Assembly (NCBI GenBank): GCA_964493265.1
Contig: CAZBLY010000001.1
Location: 28,119-92,118 of the forward strand
DNA length: 64,000 nucleotides
Origin: Candidatus Woesearchaeota archaeon
Lineage (GTDB): Archaea > Nanobdellota > Nanobdellia > Pacearchaeales > UBA284
Reading direction: 5' to 3'
Shown here: one piece after another, positions 58,934-64,000 of the stretch
How the letters are laid out: each line of letters opens with the position of its first letter
Position numbering within the stretch: the first letter of the stretch is position 1
Notes under the pieces: generated by a model
Seen by the model: the letters and a program-made list of their open reading frames with translations, nothing else
What the model was told of the DNA's origin: nothing
Databases searched by the model: none
Position numbers and translations under genes: made by a program

Positions 58934-59203
58934 ATGCAAATAAAAATAATAAAATATTCAAAAAATGAGCTTGAAGTTGAAGTAGATAATCTTACAATAG
59001 CTGAACTTCTTAGAAGCATGTTATGGAAAGACAAAGCAACAGAATTGGCTGCATGGAAAAGAAAACATCCAACTAAAAATCCTATTCTCGTTTTAAAAAC
59101 TTCTGGAAAAGATTCAAAAAAAGTGCTTCTTGATACAATAAGCAAGATACAAAAAATAAATGCAGATCTTGTTAAAGAATTAAAAAAAGCTGTCAAGAAA
59201 TAA
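58934..59203 (+). CDS. rpoL: RNA polymerase subunit L (Rpo11)
   Basis: EL.VE..N.T.AELLR..LW, AAW...HP...P. Confidence 0.85.
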   Translation: MQIKIIKYSKNELEVEVDNLTIAELLRSMLWKDKATELAAWKRKHPTKNPILVLKTSGKDSKKVLLDTISKIQKINADLVKELKKAVKK

Positions 59204-59218
59204 AAACAAAAAGAAAAA

Positions 59219-59335
59219 ATGAAACGAGGCTCAAGAAGATGGAAAAAGAAAAAACAAATGAGATGGAAGTGGCAACGAAAGCGAATGAAAAGAGAAAAGC
59301 GTAAGAGAAAACAAAGACGAGCTGCTTCAAAATAA
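59219..59335 (+). CDS. rpl41e: Ribosomal protein L41e (eS32)-like peptide
   Basis: MKRGSRRWKKKKQMRWKWQRKRMKREKRKRKQRRAASK. Confidence 0.8.
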   Translation: MKRGSRRWKKKKQMRWKWQRKRMKREKRKRKQRRAASK

Positions 59336-59426
59336 ACAAAATAAAATAATACTAACAATATTAATAATAAATAAAATTAATTTTTTCTAGAATTATTAGA
59401 ATTATTTTTTGGTTTTAAATATCTTT

Positions 59427-60875
59427 TTATTTTTTACTGCCAACAAAATATTTAAGTTGCACATTTACTGAACCATTTTTAGGGACATCCCAAGGTTCTT
59501 TAGAACCCTCTTTAAATTCTACTCCCGCCTCAACAATATCATCACCTACAGGAAAACTTCCTCCAACAAAATAAGTTATATCTGTATTGGTTGCTGTTTG
59601 TCCATAAGTAACATTTTTCCAAGTTTTATCTCCAGGCAATAAGGGATTATATTCCACACCCAAACCAAATAATAATTTCAATTTTTTTCCAAATTTTCCA
59701 AGAATACTTAATTTATTAATTGGTTTTAATGAATAAGGATCATAAGGAATATCTCTTTTATATTGTGAAAAAACTTCAATTCCATTTGTTGGTTGCCAAT
59801 AAACTTTGCCTCCAATAGATCCTAAAATTTGATCTAAATCCAAATTTGTACCTATACTTCCATTAATTTCCCCAGCAATGATTCCTGTTTTATCACTGTT
59901 TTCACCTGAACCAAAACCAACTTTTCCTCCAGCATAAATTCTGGTTTCATTTTCAGATATCCTTGCTCCCATGTTTCCACCATTATCTTCATTAAATATC
60001 CAGCTACCAAGTGTAACTAAAGTAGTAAGTTTATTTTGATTTTCAGCACCTTTAATTTCAGTTAGATTTAAGTCTCCATAAAATCTTATTCTTGGATCTC
60101 CCGTATTATTATGGGCTAAATAAGAAAAACCTAAATTATTTGTAGTGGTTGAAACTAAACTATCTGCATCTCCTTGTTTTTTCTTGTCAAATTTTTCTGC
60201 AAAATAAAAATTATGCAAAGCATCATATTCTGTATCTATTCTAAATAGGGCTTTTTCTAATCCTTGGATAGATTTTTTACTATTTCCCTTGCTTGGCTCT
60301 TCACCATTAACAATATTTATTACACCAGTCATATCTCCATTATTAACAAATTTTATTACATCAGTCATATCGCCCCAGTATTGAATATAAGTGCAACACG
60401 ACTTTACATCATCCACAGTAGTTAGAACTTTTTTTCCATCTATTAATTTATAAATTGTTTTGATTTGATTATTATTTATTATTTCAGCCACTTTAGAATT
60501 TATTTGTTTCTTAGTTAAATTATATTTATTATCATCACTCCAATGTTTTATAGTATTATACATACTGCCCCAAACAGTTGATTCTGCATCCATTATTTTA
60601 TCACTTACATGAAGAATTCCATTAACATCAAGTCCAGGTCCATATTCAGTTTCAGGATTAAATACAGGCAACCTCTCTCCTGTTATAGGATTAGCGGGAG
60701 TCCATGTTACTTCATTAGCATTTAATTTAGCTGTTGAAGGTATAAAACCAGTCATAAAAGCAAGAAAACCCAAACCAGCATTAATTTGCGCTTTACTAAT
60801 TTTAATAGGTTTCTTCAGAATTTCTTTACTTTTCTCATAATAGTTCTTTAAATTTTCTTTTAGACCCTTTGCCAT
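59427..60875 (-). CDS. Secreted orphan with C-terminal beta-barrel-like region
   Basis: Signal-like hydrophobic segment; many alternating Gly/aromatic strands; ends VNVQLKYFVGSKK. Confidence 0.7.
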   Translation of the reverse strand: MAKGLKENLKNYYEKSKEILKKPIKISKAQINAGLGFLAFMTGFIPSTAKLNANEVTWTPANPITGERLPVFNPETEYGPGLDVNGILHVSDKIMDAESTVWGSMYNTIKHWSDDNKYNLTKKQINSKVAEIINNNQIKTIYKLIDGKKVLTTVDDVKSCCTYIQYWGDMTDVIKFVNNGDMTGVINIVNGEEPSKGNSKKSIQGLEKALFRIDTEYDALHNFYFAEKFDKKKQGDADSLVSTTTNNLGFSYLAHNNTGDPRIRFYGDLNLTEIKGAENQNKLTTLVTLGSWIFNEDNGGNMGARISENETRIYAGGKVGFGSGENSDKTGIIAGEINGSIGTNLDLDQILGSIGGKVYWQPTNGIEVFSQYKRDIPYDPYSLKPINKLSILGKFGKKLKLLFGLGVEYNPLLPGDKTWKNVTYGQTATNTDITYFVGGSFPVGDDIVEAGVEFKEGSKEPWDVPKNGSVNVQLKYFVGSKK

Positions 60876-60905
60876 TTTGTTCTCATTTCTTATAAATCTT
60901 TTATA

Positions 60906-60944
60906 TTTATAAACCTTTCGTTAACTATCTACTTTTAAGTGACA
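60906..60944 (-). promoter_or_regulatory. Operator TGTCACT-N5-GTAG..., 10 bp gap, TATA TTTATAAA
   Basis: Left arm identical to the 9339 site and identical spacing. Confidence 0.55.
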
Positions 60945-61018
60945 ACGAATTCTCTTAGAAATATAGAAAGTTATTTATATTATCTTCTATATTTTTCATT
61001 AAGGAGGTATAAAAATAA

Positions 61019-61525
61019 ATGGCAGATACTAATTTGTTAGTTACATTTGATCCTGTGCATAAAGAATCAGCAAAAGCAGAAATAAATTTTATTGCAAAAG
61101 AAACAGGTAAAAAAGTAAAAATAATGAGGACAGAAGAAGGTTTGGCAGAAATTAATGCAGACAAACCTAAAGAGATTATCAAGGCTTTAAAAAATATTGA
61201 TAAAGAAAAATTTAAATATACTTTTTATTGGTGGCCTGTTGATGAATGGTGTAAATCTGGAGTAAAAGAAATTCAAGATTGTATAAAAAAAATACAACAA
61301 GGAATTAAAGCAGAAGAAAAGTGGAAAATGGATTTGGCAAAAAGAGAAGTAACCCAGGAATATCCAAAGGATCTAATAATTAAGCTAACAGATGTTATAG
61401 ACAAACAAGAGGTTGACCTCAAGAATCCAGAAAAAATCATCAAGATAGAAATTATTGGTGACAAAACCGCAATTTCTTTATTAACACCAGAAGAAATCTT
61501 TAATGTGCTAAAAATAAAAGGTTAG
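61019..61525 (+). CDS. Standalone THUMP domain protein
   Basis: PVDEW, WKM.L.KR, VDLKNPEKII.IEIIG...AISLL. Confidence 0.85.
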   Translation: MADTNLLVTFDPVHKESAKAEINFIAKETGKKVKIMRTEEGLAEINADKPKEIIKALKNIDKEKFKYTFYWWPVDEWCKSGVKEIQDCIKKIQQGIKAEEKWKMDLAKREVTQEYPKDLIIKLTDVIDKQEVDLKNPEKIIKIEIIGDKTAISLLTPEEIFNVLKIKG

Positions 61526-61656
61526 GATAAAATTTTAATTTTCTTTTTTTATATTTTTTCTTTTTTATATTTTTATATTTTTTCCCTATAGTAAGGTTTA
61601 TAAATATCTATTCTCATTCCAAATTAAATTAATTTAAGTTAAATTGATGATTTAAA

Positions 61657-61845
61657 ATGCCAAAGAAAAAAATAATTAAATCAAAAGTTGAAAAAGAAAT
61701 CAAAGAAGAATCTGAACAACCTAAAGAAAACGAAGAAAGTTGGGATGAATTTTCAGATGAAAAAGATACTTTTGGTAAAGAAATAGGCGATGAACAAGAA
61801 GAATTTAATGAATTGGATAGTGAAAACGAAGAAGAATTGATGTAA
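61657..61845 (+). CDS. Small acidic hypothetical protein
   Basis: 62-aa ORF with TATA TTTATAAA upstream. Confidence 0.55.
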   Translation: MPKKKIIKSKVEKEIKEESEQPKENEESWDEFSDEKDTFGKEIGDEQEEFNELDSENEEELM

Positions 61846-61960
61846 TCCATATAATCATTTATTTTCTTTTATTTAATTAGATATCAAAATTCTATTAATA
61901 AAAAAATTTAAAAGAACAGTTAGGTTTAATTTTTAAAAGAGATATACCTAAAAATATAAA

Positions 61961-64000
61961 ATGTATAACTTTAAAACTAATGAATTAAGTGTTCTAAAAT
62001 TTTGGAAGGACAGAACTATTTACGAGAAGCTCAAACAAAAGAATAAAAAAGGAAAGCCATTCTATTTTCTTCAAGGCCCCCCATATACTTCTGGAAGAAT
62101 CCATATCGGCCAAGCTTGGAATAATACTCTAAAAGACATGACATTAAGATTCAAACACATGAAAGGTTTTAATGTTTGGGATAGGGCTGGTTATGATACG
62201 CACGGCTTACCTACAGCTAATTTAGTGCAAAAGAAACTACAACTTTTAGACAAAGAATCTATTATGCAATTTGGCATGGATAAATTTATTAAACATTGTA
62301 TGGAAACCAGTAATAAATATGCTAAAATTATGAGTGAGGATTTATTGAGACTTGGCATCTGGATGGACTATAAAAATGCATATATGCCAAACACAAATAA
62401 TTTTATGGAAAATGAATGGTGGTTAATTAAACAAGCACATAAACAAAAAAGACTTTATAAAGGAAAAAAAATTATGCATTGGTGTGCATCATGTGAGACA
62501 GCACTTGCAAAACACGAATTAGAATATAAAGATATCAAAGAAAAAAGCATCTTTCTTAAATTTAAATTAAAAAATAAAAAAAAGGATGATAAAAAAGAAT
62601 ATTTAATAATCTGGACTACAACCCCTTGGACAATTCCATTTAATCTTGCAGTTATGGTTAATCCAAAAATTGATTATGTTAAGGCAAAAGTAGATAACGA
62701 GATTTGGATTCTTGCAAAAGAGCTTGTAAAAAATGTAATAGAAGATGTCCTTGAAAAAAAATACAAGATTATAGAAACATTCAAAGGAAAAAAACTTCTT
62801 GGTTTAGAATATGAATCTCCATTTTATAAAGAACTAAAAGAACAATATAACAAACTTAAAAAGAAACACAAAAAAGTTCATACGATAATCTTATCTGAAC
62901 GATATGTAACAACAGAAACAGGAAGTGGACTTGTTCATTGCGCTCCTGGTTGTGGTCCTGAAGATTTTGAAGTTGGTCATGAATATAATATTCCACCATT
63001 TAATACACTTGATGAAAAAGGAACATTCAAAGATTTAGGAATTTTCACAAATCTTATTGCTAAAAAAGACGATTCAAAAATAAATGAAATTTTAGAAAAA
63101 AATAATGCATTACTTAAAATAATTGAAATAAAACACGAATATCCTTTTTGTTGGAGATGTAATAATCCTGTTATTTTCAGAGCAACAGAACAGTGGTTTC
63201 TCAAAATAGAAGATCTTATTCCAAAAATGTTAAAAATAAATGAAAAAGTAGAATGGATTCCAAAATGGGGAAAAGAAGCCTTTGATTCTTGGATTAAAGT
63301 CTTAAGAGATAATAGTATTACAAGACAAAGATTCTGGGGCACACCTGTTCCTATATGGGAATGTAATAATTGTGGCAAAGTTATTGTCATCGGTTCAAAA
63401 AAAGAATTACAACAAAAAGCTACAACAAAAATTCCAGAAAATCTACATAAACCCTGGGTTGATGATATTAAAATAAAATGTAATAAATGTGGGGCTAATG
63501 CAAAAAGAATTCCTGATGTTTTAGATGTGTGGCTTGACTCAGGAACAACATCTTGGAATTGTTTATATTATCCTAAAAAGAAAAATTTCTTTAACAAATT
63601 TTTCCCAGCAGATTTTATTCTTGAAGCAACAGAACAAATCAAATTATGGTTTTCAATGTTATCAATATGTGGCACAATCGCTCTTAAAAAACCAATTTAT
63701 AAAACTGTTTACATGCATGGTATGATACTCGATTGGAAAGGTAAAAAAATGTCCAAAAGTCTTGGAAATATCATATCCCCTTATGAAGTCATTGATAAAT
63801 ATGGTGTTGATGTTTTTAGATATTATATTTCTGAAATCACTGCCGGAGAAAATATAAGCTTTAGTTGGGAATTAGTAAAACAAAAACATAGACACATTAA
63901 CATCCTTTGGAATATTAAAAACTATATCCTTGAACTGGCCAATCTTATCAAAAGCAATCCAGAAAAAATAAAACCAAAACCAGATATTGAAGAAAAATAT
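61961..64000 (+). CDS. ileS: Isoleucine--tRNA ligase, runs off window
   Basis: Read manually: QGPPYTSG.IHIGQ, GYDTHGLP, WTTTPWT, GLVHCAPG, RQRFWGTP, DVW.DSG, KMSKSLGN. Confidence 0.95.
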   Translation, partial: MYNFKTNELSVLKFWKDRTIYEKLKQKNKKGKPFYFLQGPPYTSGRIHIGQAWNNTLKDMTLRFKHMKGFNVWDRAGYDTHGLPTANLVQKKLQLLDKESIMQFGMDKFIKHCMETSNKYAKIMSEDLLRLGIWMDYKNAYMPNTNNFMENEWWLIKQAHKQKRLYKGKKIMHWCASCETALAKHELEYKDIKEKSIFLKFKLKNKKKDDKKEYLIIWTTTPWTIPFNLAVMVNPKIDYVKAKVDNEIWILAKELVKNVIEDVLEKKYKIIETFKGKKLLGLEYESPFYKELKEQYNKLKKKHKKVHTIILSERYVTTETGSGLVHCAPGCGPEDFEVGHEYNIPPFNTLDEKGTFKDLGIFTNLIAKKDDSKINEILEKNNALLKIIEIKHEYPFCWRCNNPVIFRATEQWFLKIEDLIPKMLKINEKVEWIPKWGKEAFDSWIKVLRDNSITRQRFWGTPVPIWECNNCGKVIVIGSKKELQQKATTKIPENLHKPWVDDIKIKCNKCGANAKRIPDVLDVWLDSGTTSWNCLYYPKKKNFFNKFFPADFILEATEQIKLWFSMLSICGTIALKKPIYKTVYMHGMILDWKGKKMSKSLGNIISPYEVIDKYGVDVFRYYISEITAGENISFSWELVKQKHRHINILWNIKNYILELANLIKSNPEKIKPKPDIEEKY

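Noticed and set aside
58903..59358. 151-aa minus-strand ORF
   Set aside because: Antisense shadow of rpoL and rpl41e
62977..63725. ORFs 62977..63390(-) and 63525..63725(+)
   Set aside because: Shadow or alternate-frame ORFs inside ileS, whose motifs stay in the frame starting at 61961
1..64000. Alternative genetic code, prophage, transposase, CRISPR array or rRNA
   Set aside because: All three stops terminate conserved genes normally; no integrase, transposase, capsid, repeat-spacer array or rRNA motifs were seen

Overview
Very AT-rich, gene-dense chromosomal segment of a small-genome archaeon. Gene content suggests DPANN, probably Pacearchaeota/Woesearchaeota-like; this is inference, not a computed placement. 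It uses the standard archaeal code and TTTATAAA-type TATA promoters. The backbone is housekeeping: aIF5B, aIF1A, aIF2beta, EF-2, ribosomal proteins, RpoL, TFS, CCA-adding enzyme, Kae1, IleRS, thermosome, PEP synthase, AMP phosphorylase, a Trx/TrxR/GDH operon, DHS plus a decarboxylase, a type IV pilus ATPase/TadBC locus, glycosyltransferases and four tRNAs (one with a BHB intron). Single orphan genes are interspersed. The most notable signals are: (i) an orphan gene bracketed by two 11-6-11 dif/Xer-like sites and hairpins; (ii) a possible bacterial-envelope-directed toolkit made of an MltB-like lytic transglycosylase, a secreted protein with an outer-membrane-like beta-barrel pattern and a lipobox protein; (iii) a palindromic operator placed exactly 10 bp upstream of several TATA boxes; (iv) a GC-rich structured ncRNA candidate with its own promoter next to a membrane-anchored Schlafen/AlbA_2 gene; (v) a Zn-ribbon/DisA/DHH c-di-AMP-like module with an altered RHR motif; (vi) a Cys-containing TrmB-like regulator that apparently needs an ATA start. 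All calls come from visual motif recognition; no searches were run.
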